Assembly: GCA_004378665.1 (NCBI GenBank)
Contig: SOIA01000094.1
Span: 1-30,451, forward strand
Origin: Candidatus Aminicenantes bacterium
Lineage (GTDB): Bacteria; Acidobacteriota; Aminicenantia; Aminicenantales; Aminicenantaceae
Direction of reading: 5' to 3'
Length of the DNA stretch: 30,451 nucleotides
Shown here in pieces: positions 9,021 to 17,444 of the stretch. The notes beneath the pieces are model-generated. The model was not told the DNA's origin, ran no database searches, and saw only the letters and a list, made by a program, of their open reading frames with translations. The position numbers and the translations under genes are program-made. Every line of letters starts with the position of its first letter. The first letter of the stretch is position 1.

Positions 9021-9043
9021 GCTTCGGTCACTCGAACCGAAGC
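9021..9043. repeat. Perfect 8-bp inverted repeat GCTTCGGT-N7-ACCGAAGC between fabF and etfB
   Basis: Arms at 9021-9028 and 9036-9043; no U-tract follows on the minus strand. Confidence 0.7.
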
Positions 9044-9053
9044 AAGGCCACCA

Positions 9054-9062
9054 AGATTAGCA
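9054..9062 (-). promoter_or_regulatory. Putative extended -10 promoter for etfBA
   Basis: TGcTAATCT on the minus strand; -35 is poor. Confidence 0.35.
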
Positions 9063-9077
9063 AGGCTTGATTCAAAA

Positions 9078-10352
9078 TCAGCCCTCATACCTCTTCAGGA
9101 CAAGAGAGCCGTTCGTTCCACCGAATCCGAAAGAATTCGTCAGCGCATACCGAACTTCAGCCGGACGGGCTTTATTGGGGATATAATCCAGGTCGCATTC
9201 CGGGTCAGGATTCTCATAGTTGATGGTCGGAGGCATAATCTGATCCTTCAGACAAAGCGCAGAAAATCCGGCTTCCAACGCTCCTGCGGCGCCCAAGAGG
9301 TGCCCTGTCATGGATTTTGTCGAGTTCACTCCAACCTTGTAAGCGTGGTCGCCAAACACCTTTTTGATGGCCAGTGTTTCGATCTTATCGTTATAGGGCG
9401 TGGATGTCCCATGGGCATTGATATAGTCGATCTCTTCAGGATCGATCCCCCCGTCCGCAATGGCCTTGGACATGCACAGCACAGCTCCCTCCCCGTCCAA
9501 GGAGGGTGCGGTCACATGGTAAGCGTCTGCACTCATCCCGTATCCGACGACTTCCGCATAGATGTTCGCTCCACGCTTCAGGGCCACCCCGAGTTCTTCC
9601 ACTACGATGATTCCCGCTCCTTCGCTCACGATAAATCCATCCCGCTCCGCATCAAAAGGACGAGAGGCTTTCTCCGGCTCGTCATTCCTGACAGAAAGAG
9701 CGCGCATAGCGCAAAATCCCGCCACTCCGAGGGGCGTGACAGGAGCTTCTGCTCCGCCGGATATCATGACATCTGCATCTCCTCTGGCGATGATGCGAAA
9801 TGAATCTCCAATCGAATGTGTACTGGTCGAACAGGCAGTGGCGGTGGCAGAATTCGGGCCCATCGCTCCGTATTTTATGGAAATCTGACCTGAAGCTTCA
9901 TTGATAATCGTCGAGACCAGGAAAAACGGAGTGACGCGTCCCGGGCCCTTCTCGAGCAATTTCTTGTGTGTATCTTCGATAATACCGATTCCCCCGATGC
10001 CTGACCCTACGTAGACTCCGGTCCTCCCCCCCCTCAGTGAAGCGGGATCAATCCCGGAATCCTTGACCGCTATCTCTGCCGCTGCATACGCGAACTGGAT
10101 AAACAGGTCCATCTTCCGGGCTTCCTTTTTATCGAGAAAATCGAGGGGATTGAAATCGGGAACCTGGCCTGCGATTTTGCTCGTGTAATCAGAAACATCG
10201 AAGCGGGAGATCCGGCTCACTCCGCTCTTCCCCTTGAGCAGGGCATCCCAATTTTTCTTGGTTCCTATCCCCAAGGGAGAGACCAGGCCAATTCCTGTAA
10301 TGACGACCCGTCTTTCAACAGTTCTTTTCTCAGAAGAAGGGGAATTTCCCAT
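9078..10352 (-). CDS. fabF: 3-oxoacyl-ACP synthase II
   Basis: RRVVITGIG; Cys-His-His triad in ATACSTS, INAHGTST and TGHLLGAAG; NSFGFGGTN. Confidence 0.95.
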   Translation of the reverse strand: MGNSPSSEKRTVERRVVITGIGLVSPLGIGTKKNWDALLKGKSGVSRISRFDVSDYTSKIAGQVPDFNPLDFLDKKEARKMDLFIQFAYAAAEIAVKDSGIDPASLRGGRTGVYVGSGIGGIGIIEDTHKKLLEKGPGRVTPFFLVSTIINEASGQISIKYGAMGPNSATATACSTSTHSIGDSFRIIARGDADVMISGGAEAPVTPLGVAGFCAMRALSVRNDEPEKASRPFDAERDGFIVSEGAGIIVVEELGVALKRGANIYAEVVGYGMSADAYHVTAPSLDGEGAVLCMSKAIADGGIDPEEIDYINAHGTSTPYNDKIETLAIKKVFGDHAYKVGVNSTKSMTGHLLGAAGALEAGFSALCLKDQIMPPTINYENPDPECDLDYIPNKARPAEVRYALTNSFGFGGTNGSLVLKRYEG

Positions 10353-10376
10353 CTGAAACTATTTCGTTTGGTTATC

Positions 10377-10619
10377 TTATTTGACGTTGTTCAGGATGTA
10401 ATCCATTGCCTTTCCAACAGTGGTCAGCTTCTCCGCCTGTTCATCAGGAATATCCATGTTGAACTCATCTTCCAGGGCCATGACCAATTCAACCGTATCC
10501 AGAGAATCGGCGCCCAAGTCGTCGATGAAAGACGCCTCCTCAGTGACCTGCTCTTCACCGATGCTGAGTTTGTCAGAAACGATTGATTTAATTTTCTTCA
10601 TCAGCTCTTCTCTTTCCAT
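10377..10619 (-). CDS. acpP: Acyl carrier protein
   Basis: [17 protein letters not shown] phosphopantetheine site; strong SD GAGGAGG. Confidence 0.96.
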   Translation of the reverse strand: MEREELMKKIKSIVSDKLSIGEEQVTEEASFIDDLGADSLDTVELVMALEDEFNMDIPDEQAEKLTTVGKAMDYILNNVK

Positions 10620-10660
10620 GTTTATCCTCCTCTTAATTTAATTTTATTCTTAGACAATTT

Positions 10661-11407
10661 TTACGGCGACATAACCATTCCGCCGTTAACATTAATGACC
10701 TGACCTGTGATATAAGCGGCGTCATCAGAGAGCAGGAATTTCACCACGTGCGCGATCTCATCCGGAGTCCCGAACCTTTTCACAGGAATCAACTCAACGA
10801 ACATATTCTTGACCGAATCTGGAAGATTCTCGGTCATCGGAGTGGCAATGTATCCAGGAGCCACCGCATTCACCGTGATCCCGCGTGCCGCCACCTCTCT
10901 GGCCAGAGATTTGGTGAAACCTAAAACTCCAGCCTTGGAAGCGGCATAGTTGGACTGGCCGGCGTTCCCCATCAAGCCAACGACCGAAGAGATATTAACT
11001 ATTCGGCCGTACCGATTGCCGATCATATTCCGTATTACGGCCTTGGAGAAATTGAAAACGCCCTTCAAGTTCACAGACAGAACCGAATCCCACTCTTCCT
11101 CTTTCATTCTCATCAACAGGTTATCCCTAGTAATTCCTGCATTATTCACCAGATGATCGATCTTTTTATGATCCTGGACTACCTTTTCTGCCACATCCAT
11201 AGCCTGGTCCATCCGCGATACATCCGCACAGAAGACAGCCGCCTTCCCGTTGCTCTTGGATATTTTCTGAGCGACTTCCTCGAGCTTCTCTTTTTGAACA
11301 TCCACGAGTATGATCTCCGCCCCTTCCCTTGAAAGCTCAAGGGCAATACTCTCCCCGATCCCCTGAGAAGCGCCCGTCACGATTGAGACCCTGTCCTTAA
11401 AAATCAT
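10661..11407 (-). CDS. fabG: 3-oxoacyl-ACP reductase
   Basis: TGASQGIG, NNAG, YAASKAG; start moved to ATG 11407, just after the plsX stop. Confidence 0.93.
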   Translation of the reverse strand: MIFKDRVSIVTGASQGIGESIALELSREGAEIILVDVQKEKLEEVAQKISKSNGKAAVFCADVSRMDQAMDVAEKVVQDHKKIDHLVNNAGITRDNLLMRMKEEEWDSVLSVNLKGVFNFSKAVIRNMIGNRYGRIVNISSVVGLMGNAGQSNYAASKAGVLGFTKSLAREVAARGITVNAVAPGYIATPMTENLPDSVKNMFVELIPVKRFGTPDEIAHVVKFLLSDDAAYITGQVINVNGGMVMSP

Positions 11408-11408
11408 C

Positions 11409-12422
11409 TCACCCCCCGGCCTGGCCAAGCCTGTGAGACAGCTCCGCTATCTCATTTTGTATTTTCTCTTGAACCTTGTTCATGACAAAATCCTTGGCCA
11501 GTCCCACAGCGTTCTTCACAGCGTTGGAGTTCGAACGTCCATGTCCGATGATGCAGACACCGTTAATCCCCAAAAGCTGCGCTCCTCCGTATTCCGTGTA
11601 ATCCACTTTTTTATAGATTTTTTTAAGATTCCTTTTCATCAGGAAAAAACCAATTTTTGCGAAGATATTCTTCATGATCTCAGTGCGGGCCATGTAGAAG
11701 AAAGTCTCGATCACCCCTTCACTGACTTTTAAAGCGATGTTCCCGGTAAATCCATCGCTGACAATAACATCGGCTTTGCCGGAGTAAATGTCCTTGCCTT
11801 CAACATTACCGATGAAATTCAACGGAGACTCCTTGAGTCTGTTAAAGGCTTCCTTGGTCAGCTCATTCCCTTTTGACTCTTCTTCTCCGATGCTCATCAA
11901 GCCGATTCTCGGCCTTTTGATGCCCAAGACGCTGCTCATAAAAGTATGGCCCATTACGGCAAACTGTTCCAGGTGGTGGGGGCGGCAGTTGACGTTGGCT
12001 CCCACATCGATCAGAAGGGTTAATCCTTTTAAACTCGGGACCAGAAGGGAGAGAGCTGGTTTTTCCACTCCTTTTAACGCGCCGAGAATTGCCTTAGTAA
12101 TGTACACTACCGCAGCGGTGTTTCCCATGCTGACGAAAGCGTCCGCCTCCCCATCCCTGATCAACTGAGCTCCGATACGGATAGAGGACTTCTTCTTTTT
12201 CCGGACAGACAGGATGCCTTCGCCCATGCCGATGGCTTCCGACGCATTGACGATGGACAGCTTGGATCTTGAACGGTTGACTTTCTCGAATTCCTTCTTT
12301 ATCAGGTCTTCAACCCCGACAAGGAGAACTTCTAATTCGTACTCCCGGGAAGCTTTTACCGCTCCTTCTACTGTGACTCTGGGACCGAAATCTCCTCCCA
12401 TCGCGTCAACAGCAACTCTCAT
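11409..12422 (-). CDS. plsX: Phosphate acyltransferase
   Basis: VAVDAMGGDFGP, SMGNT, IDVGAN, NVEGKDI, DGFTGN, GHGRS; start at ATG 12422. Confidence 0.95.
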   Translation of the reverse strand: MRVAVDAMGGDFGPRVTVEGAVKASREYELEVLLVGVEDLIKKEFEKVNRSRSKLSIVNASEAIGMGEGILSVRKKKKSSIRIGAQLIRDGEADAFVSMGNTAAVVYITKAILGALKGVEKPALSLLVPSLKGLTLLIDVGANVNCRPHHLEQFAVMGHTFMSSVLGIKRPRIGLMSIGEEESKGNELTKEAFNRLKESPLNFIGNVEGKDIYSGKADVIVSDGFTGNIALKVSEGVIETFFYMARTEIMKNIFAKIGFFLMKRNLKKIYKKVDYTEYGGAQLLGINGVCIIGHGRSNSNAVKNAVGLAKDFVMNKVQEKIQNEIAELSHRLGQAGG

Positions 12423-12435
12423 ATCATTCCCTTGA

Positions 12436-12618
12436 TCAGTCTTTAGACCCCTCGACAACCTGTCTTTCTCCATAAAAGCCGCATTCGGGACAGGCTCGAT
12501 GGGGCAACTTCGGGTTCCCACAGTTAGAGCACAGGGCTAATGAGGGAATAGAGAGGGCATCATGGGCCCTTCTCTTCTTTTTTCGTGAATGAGAATGTTT
12601 TCTTTTCGGATTAGCCAT
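12436..12618 (-). CDS. rpmF: 50S ribosomal protein L32, zinc-ribbon form
   Basis: MANPKRKHSHSRKKKRRAH followed by CSNC...PHRACPECG. Confidence 0.95.
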   Translation of the reverse strand: MANPKRKHSHSRKKKRRAHDALSIPSLALCSNCGNPKLPHRACPECGFYGERQVVEGSKD

Positions 12619-13149
12619 TTATCTTTTATCTCTCATGAAATTTTTAAGTTTACCGAGGCAGGGATCAGAGCTTTTGGTTTCACAGGCGCACTCGCCGCTC
12701 TGGATGACCTTGCCGCAAACAGGGCAGATACCCTGGCAGTCCTCAGAGCAGAGCAGCTTGGGCGGAAACATCAGGTTCAACTGCTCTAAAACCACTTCTT
12801 TAATGTCTATCTTGTAGCCGCAGTAAAACAGCCTGTTGATGTCCTCATCTCCAAGATGGTCCTGCATCTCCTCAAGCTCCTCGGGAACATAGACAAGATC
12901 AAAGCTGGAATCCACCGGGAACTCAAAAGGAATGAGACAGCGGCTGCAGACAAAGCTGAGACAAGTGGTGACCTTGCCTTTTATGAATATTTCCTCTCCA
13001 GTCTTGTTGACTGTGAGTTCGGCATGGACAGGCTTAAGAAAAACAGCGTTTTCCTCCACGAGGGACTCGGGGAAGAACTCAAGCTCCTTCGAAATCTTAA
13101 GCCCTTCTTTGGGCAATCGATCAATATCTATAATCATCTTTCCTTCCAT
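12619..13149 (-). CDS. yceD: YceD/DUF177 family protein
   Basis: CSRCL and LCSEDCQGICPVCG motifs; canonical position directly upstream of rpmF. Start may be 13137. Confidence 0.88.
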   Translation of the reverse strand: MEGKMIIDIDRLPKEGLKISKELEFFPESLVEENAVFLKPVHAELTVNKTGEEIFIKGKVTTCLSFVCSRCLIPFEFPVDSSFDLVYVPEELEEMQDHLGDEDINRLFYCGYKIDIKEVVLEQLNLMFPPKLLCSEDCQGICPVCGKVIQSGECACETKSSDPCLGKLKNFMRDKR

Positions 13150-13170
13150 TTTTTTCGGATAAGTCCTCCT

Positions 13171-13198
13171 ATTATACCATCTTGCTTCCCTTTGTCAA
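13171..13198 (-). promoter_or_regulatory. Putative sigma70 promoter for the yceD-rpmF-plsX-fab operon
   Basis: TTGACA (13193-13198), 16 nt, TATAAT (13171-13176) with an extended TGn. Confidence 0.75.
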
Positions 13199-13414
13199 CT
13201 GAGGTCATTTGGAGTTAAATCCGAGTAACTTCAATATTCAGAAGGGTTTGTGCAGGAGGAGAAAACCCATTCGAGTCAATCGGACCGTGTCTCACCATTT
13301 GACACATCTCAAACAATTATTAATCTCAAAGACTCTATTCCATATTGCACAAGTAATGAATACATGGATCTAAAAGAAGAAGAAAACCGCTGAAGCAACT
13401 AAGGGCAGACCCCG

Positions 13415-13443
13415 ATGACAAAGCCTGAGCCCGGTGATATAAT
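13415..13443 (+). promoter_or_regulatory. Putative sigma70 promoter for polA
   Basis: ATGACA (13415-13420), 17 nt, TATAAT (13438-13443) with an extended TGn. Confidence 0.7.
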
Positions 13444-13458
13444 GGGAGCGCGAACTCT

Positions 13459-16134
13459 ATGAAGGAAAAAAAGCTCTATTTAATAGACGGCAATTCTATT
13501 CTCTACCGAGCATATTACGCTATCCGGTTTCTGTCCAACTCAAAGGGATTCCCGACAAACGCCATCTTCGGGTTCATCAGTATGCTCAGAAAGTTCATGC
13601 AGAAAGAGAATCCTCACTATCTCGGAATCGCCTTTGATGTGAAGGGCCCGACCATAAGGCATAAAGTCTTCAAGGATTACAAGGCGCATCGCAAACCCAT
13701 GCCAGAGGACCTGGTGGTTCAGGTCCCGGTCGTAAAAAAAGTCATAAAAGCCATGAACATTCCTCTTTTTGAACATGAAAATTACGAAGCGGACGACGTG
13801 CTGGGAAGCCTGACCCGTGAGGCCTCCAAAAGAAAAATCTCTACCGTTATCGTCACCACAGACAAAGATATCTTCCAGCTCGTGGACGATCTGACCAGCG
13901 TCTATAATCCTGTCAAGGATACCGTCCTGGACAAGAAGAAGGTGAAGGAAATTTTCGGGGTTTTTCCTTCTCAGGTGACAGACGTTTTGGCTTTATGGGG
14001 AGATCCCACGGATAACATTCCCGGAGTTCCAGGAATCGGGGAAAAGACTTCCAAGTCTTTGATCAATCAATTCGGCTCGTTGGGGAATCTGCTCGAAAAC
14101 TTGGACCAGGTCGATAAGGCTCCTCTTCGCGATAAGATCAAACAGAACCTGGACCAGTTGGAATTGAGCCGCCAGCTGGTGACCATCGAAAGGGGCCTAG
14201 ACCTGAAATTCAAGCTGGAAGACTTTTCCGTATCCGAGCCAAACCGTGAGGAATTGATCCAGATCTTCAAGGAATTAGAGTTCCCTTCGCTCCTGTCCGA
14301 ATACATGAAAAAGACAGAACGCGCGAAAAAACAGTACAAGATCATACTCAAAGAAGATAAATTGCGAAAACTCGTCGCCCGGATTAAAAAAGAAAAATTT
14401 GTCTCTCTCGACACAGAAACAGATAGTCCTTCTCCCACTCAGGCGAACTTGGTCGGGATGTCATTCTCTGTAAAGAATAACCAGGCTTTTTATCTCCCTC
14501 TCCGTCACGATTACCCCGATGTTCCCGAGCAGCTCTCGAAGGAGACGGCTTTTCGCCTTCTCGAAGACATCCTCACGGATCCGAAGGTTCGAAAATTCGG
14601 ACAGAACATCAAATATGACTCCATCGTTCTCAACAGGGAAGGGATCGCTCTCCAGGGAATCGATCTGGACTCCATGGTCCTCTCCTATCTTCTGGAGCCA
14701 AACTGGGGGAAACACAACCTGAATAAGCTGTCTTTGAGTTATCTCCAGGTCAAAACCATCCTCTACAAGGAGATCGTCGGAAAAGGGAAAAACGAGGTCA
14801 CGATCAACGCCGTTCCCATCGAAAAGGTTGCTCCCTACGCCTGCCAGGATGCAGACCTGGCTCTTCAGCTCTGCACTCTTCTCTGGCCTAAAGTCAAGCA
14901 GGAGAAAATGGAATCACTCTACAGCGAATTCGAGCGTCCCCTGATCGAAGTGCTGGCAGACATGGAGATGTGGGGAGTGAAGATCGACACTCAGGCTTTG
15001 GAAAGATTGTCCGAAGAGCTGCAGTCCGAACTCGACAATCTCCGGAAAAAAATCCACACGCTTGGCGGCGAAGAATTCAACATCAATTCCCCTCAGCAGT
15101 TAGGACACATTCTCTTCGAGAAACTCCAACTTCCGGCGTCCAGAAAAACCAAGAAAACAAAAAGCTATTCGACAAACATGAGCATACTTCAGGAGCTTGC
15201 CCGTGTTCATCCCATCGCAGAACACACGCTGGAATACAGGCGGCTCTCCAAGCTGAAATCTGGCTATGCAGACTCCCTCCCGCTCCTTCTCCATCCGGAG
15301 ACGAGGAGGATACACACTTCCTACAACCAGACAGTCGCCGCGACCGGAAGACTTTCAAGCAGCGACCCGAACCTGCAGAACATTCCCGTAAGGGGGGAAT
15401 TGGGGCGGAGGTTCCGTCAGGCGTTTATTCCCGAGGAAGGCCATCTCTTTCTTTCGGCCGACTACTCCCAGATTGAACTCCGAGTCCTGGCCCATCTCTC
15501 AGAAGACCCGGCTCTGATCGAGATATTTCTCCACGACAGAGATGTGCACGCAGAGACCGCTTCCCGTGTATTCGGTGACGCAACCGCACTGTCCAAAGAA
15601 GAGCAGCGAAGACACGCGAAAATCATCAATTTCAGCATGATTTACGGCGCATCGGCCTTCTCCCTGGCCAAAGAGCTGGGAACCTCCAATTCAGAGGCCC
15701 AGAGCTTCATCGACCTCTACTTCGCACAATACTCGAAAGTGCATGAGTTTCTGGAGAAAAAAGTTCAAGAGGCTACGGAAAAGGGATTCTCCGAGACGCT
15801 GTTCGGACGTAAACGCCAGGTGCCCGAACTCAAACAGAAGGAGTGGTTCGCCCAACAGGCAGGCCGCCGTATCGCTCTCAACACTCCCATACAGGGCACT
15901 GCCGCCGACTTGATGAAAAAAGCCATGATCGACATCTGGCGTGAGATAAAGAAACGAAACCTGAGGTCCAAGATGATCCTTCAGGTTCACGATGAACTGG
16001 TCTTTGAAGTCCCTGACAAAGAGAGAGAAGTGCTGGAGCCCCTCGTTAAGGAAAAGATGGAGAAGGTCTTCGCCCTCAAAATCCCGCTCAACGTACACTT
16101 AGAATGGGGAGTGAACTGGGCTGAAGCCAAATAA
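13459..16134 (+). CDS. polA: DNA polymerase I with 5'-3' exonuclease, 3'-5' exonuclease and polymerase domains
   Basis: LIDGNSILYRAYYA; ExoI DTE, ExoII NIKYD, ExoIII YACQD; motif A ADYSQIELR; motif B RRHAKIINF..IYG; motif C VHDELVFE. Confidence 0.97.
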   Translation: MKEKKLYLIDGNSILYRAYYAIRFLSNSKGFPTNAIFGFISMLRKFMQKENPHYLGIAFDVKGPTIRHKVFKDYKAHRKPMPEDLVVQVPVVKKVIKAMNIPLFEHENYEADDVLGSLTREASKRKISTVIVTTDKDIFQLVDDLTSVYNPVKDTVLDKKKVKEIFGVFPSQVTDVLALWGDPTDNIPGVPGIGEKTSKSLINQFGSLGNLLENLDQVDKAPLRDKIKQNLDQLELSRQLVTIERGLDLKFKLEDFSVSEPNREELIQIFKELEFPSLLSEYMKKTERAKKQYKIILKEDKLRKLVARIKKEKFVSLDTETDSPSPTQANLVGMSFSVKNNQAFYLPLRHDYPDVPEQLSKETAFRLLEDILTDPKVRKFGQNIKYDSIVLNREGIALQGIDLDSMVLSYLLEPNWGKHNLNKLSLSYLQVKTILYKEIVGKGKNEVTINAVPIEKVAPYACQDADLALQLCTLLWPKVKQEKMESLYSEFERPLIEVLADMEMWGVKIDTQALERLSEELQSELDNLRKKIHTLGGEEFNINSPQQLGHILFEKLQLPASRKTKKTKSYSTNMSILQELARVHPIAEHTLEYRRLSKLKSGYADSLPLLLHPETRRIHTSYNQTVAATGRLSSSDPNLQNIPVRGELGRRFRQAFIPEEGHLFLSADYSQIELRVLAHLSEDPALIEIFLHDRDVHAETASRVFGDATALSKEEQRRHAKIINFSMIYGASAFSLAKELGTSNSEAQSFIDLYFAQYSKVHEFLEKKVQEATEKGFSETLFGRKRQVPELKQKEWFAQQAGRRIALNTPIQGTAADLMKKAMIDIWREIKKRNLRSKMILQVHDELVFEVPDKEREVLEPLVKEKMEKVFALKIPLNVHLEWGVNWAEAK

Positions 16135-16145
16135 AAGCTTTTCTT

Positions 16146-17270
16146 TTAAAGATCTTTTTTATAGACGCGGAATTTTTTATACAGCTTTCCGCCCATTCTC
16201 TGCATCTCCGCTCTGACCTTCACGTTTTCTTCGAGCTCATGATGCGTGTCCATTATTTCCATGCCTGCTTCTTGGGCGGAGATTATTATCTTTACTCCCA
16301 TGATGACATCAATCCCGCGGCCTCGATATTTCTCTTTGATGGCGCCGAGGAGGAGATCGAGCTGTTTGGTCTTCTTCGCCGCCCTCAATATTTTCAAAAA
16401 GCCGAAAGGAAAAAGGCGACCTCTGGCTTTCTGGATGCCTTCTGTCATATCCGGAATACCGATGAAAAAGGACACCGGTTCATCCTTTACTAACACGACC
16501 TTCACAAACCTCGGGTCGATAACAGGCAGATAACGTGCGGCCAAATCCTTCATCTCTTTTTCGCTCAACGGTGCGTACCCGTAAATATTGCCTGCCAGAT
16601 AACACTCATTCATTAGGGTGAAAATCGGAACGATCCACGGCTTCAGTTCTTTTCTTTTCCTGAACTCGATAATTTTATAGTTTCCCTTGCGCGTGGCTCT
16701 CTCGTAAATCCTCTTGTAGAATTCCGGCAGCTCTTTCGGCACATCAAGCTTGTAGACGAAATAGTCCACGTCCTTCGAATACCCCTGCTTCTCAACTAGT
16801 GCGGTCATCCATTCAAAATTATAATAGGTGGCAATGGTGGCTCTGTTCTCGAATCCCTCGATCAAAAATCCCTCAGGATCCTGGTCCGAAAACCCATAGG
16901 GGCCGACAATCTTCGTCATCCCCTTCTCCCGGGCCCAATCCTCAACATGATTCAAAAGAGCACGAACGACTTCTTCCTCTTCCCATGTTTCCAAATAACC
17001 AAACCGGGCTGTCTTTTCATTCTTGTGCTCGTTATACCGTGAATTGATGACCCCCATGATCCTCCCGACAACATCTTCCCCGCGGTAAGCAAGGAGAATA
17101 ATCGTGTCGCAATACGAAAAGGCTTCGTTCTTCTTTGGGTCGAAGTAACTCCATTCATCCACGTAGATAGGATGCACCCAGTTGGTATGACCGGCATGAA
17201 TCTTTTCAGGAAGATAGATGAATTTTTTTAAATCTCTCCGCGTTTTGACTTCTCTAATTTCAATGTCCAT
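16146..17270 (-). CDS. YghO-like GNAT-fold acyltransferase, same family as bacterial ceramide synthase bCerS
   Basis: Pattern EVKT..DLKKFI.LP..I, VGRI, RFGY.E, DWAREKGM..IVGP, EGFLIEGF, YN, GY.K..D; SD AGGGAG before ATG 17270. Family recognised from memory. Confidence 0.65.
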   Translation of the reverse strand: MDIEIREVKTRRDLKKFIYLPEKIHAGHTNWVHPIYVDEWSYFDPKKNEAFSYCDTIILLAYRGEDVVGRIMGVINSRYNEHKNEKTARFGYLETWEEEEVVRALLNHVEDWAREKGMTKIVGPYGFSDQDPEGFLIEGFENRATIATYYNFEWMTALVEKQGYSKDVDYFVYKLDVPKELPEFYKRIYERATRKGNYKIIEFRKRKELKPWIVPIFTLMNECYLAGNIYGYAPLSEKEMKDLAARYLPVIDPRFVKVVLVKDEPVSFFIGIPDMTEGIQKARGRLFPFGFLKILRAAKKTKQLDLLLGAIKEKYRGRGIDVIMGVKIIISAQEAGMEIMDTHHELEENVKVRAEMQRMGGKLYKKFRVYKKDL

Positions 17271-17381
17271 TGTTACTCCCCTAAGTCCTATCCTATATAT
17301 CACTACCGCATAAAAATCAATTGTAAAAGCATAAGCATCCCTATTTCCGGGTTCCATACTCATACATATTCCCATTCACGC

Positions 17382-17411
17382 TTGACAACACAGGGGGAGA
17401 ATGAATAAACT
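17382..17411 (+). promoter_or_regulatory. Putative sigma70 promoter for the rnf operon
   Basis: TTGACA (17382-17387), 18 nt, TAAACT (17406-17411). Confidence 0.55.
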
Positions 17412-17444
17412 TTATCCTCATTTTTTTGCGCACATCAAAGGCCT

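Noticed and set aside
12436-12618. Zinc-ribbon L32 as a novelty
   Set aside because: The C+ form is common.
17271-17444. Rex operator upstream of rnf
   Set aside because: No match to TTGTGAA-N4-TTCACAA found by eye.
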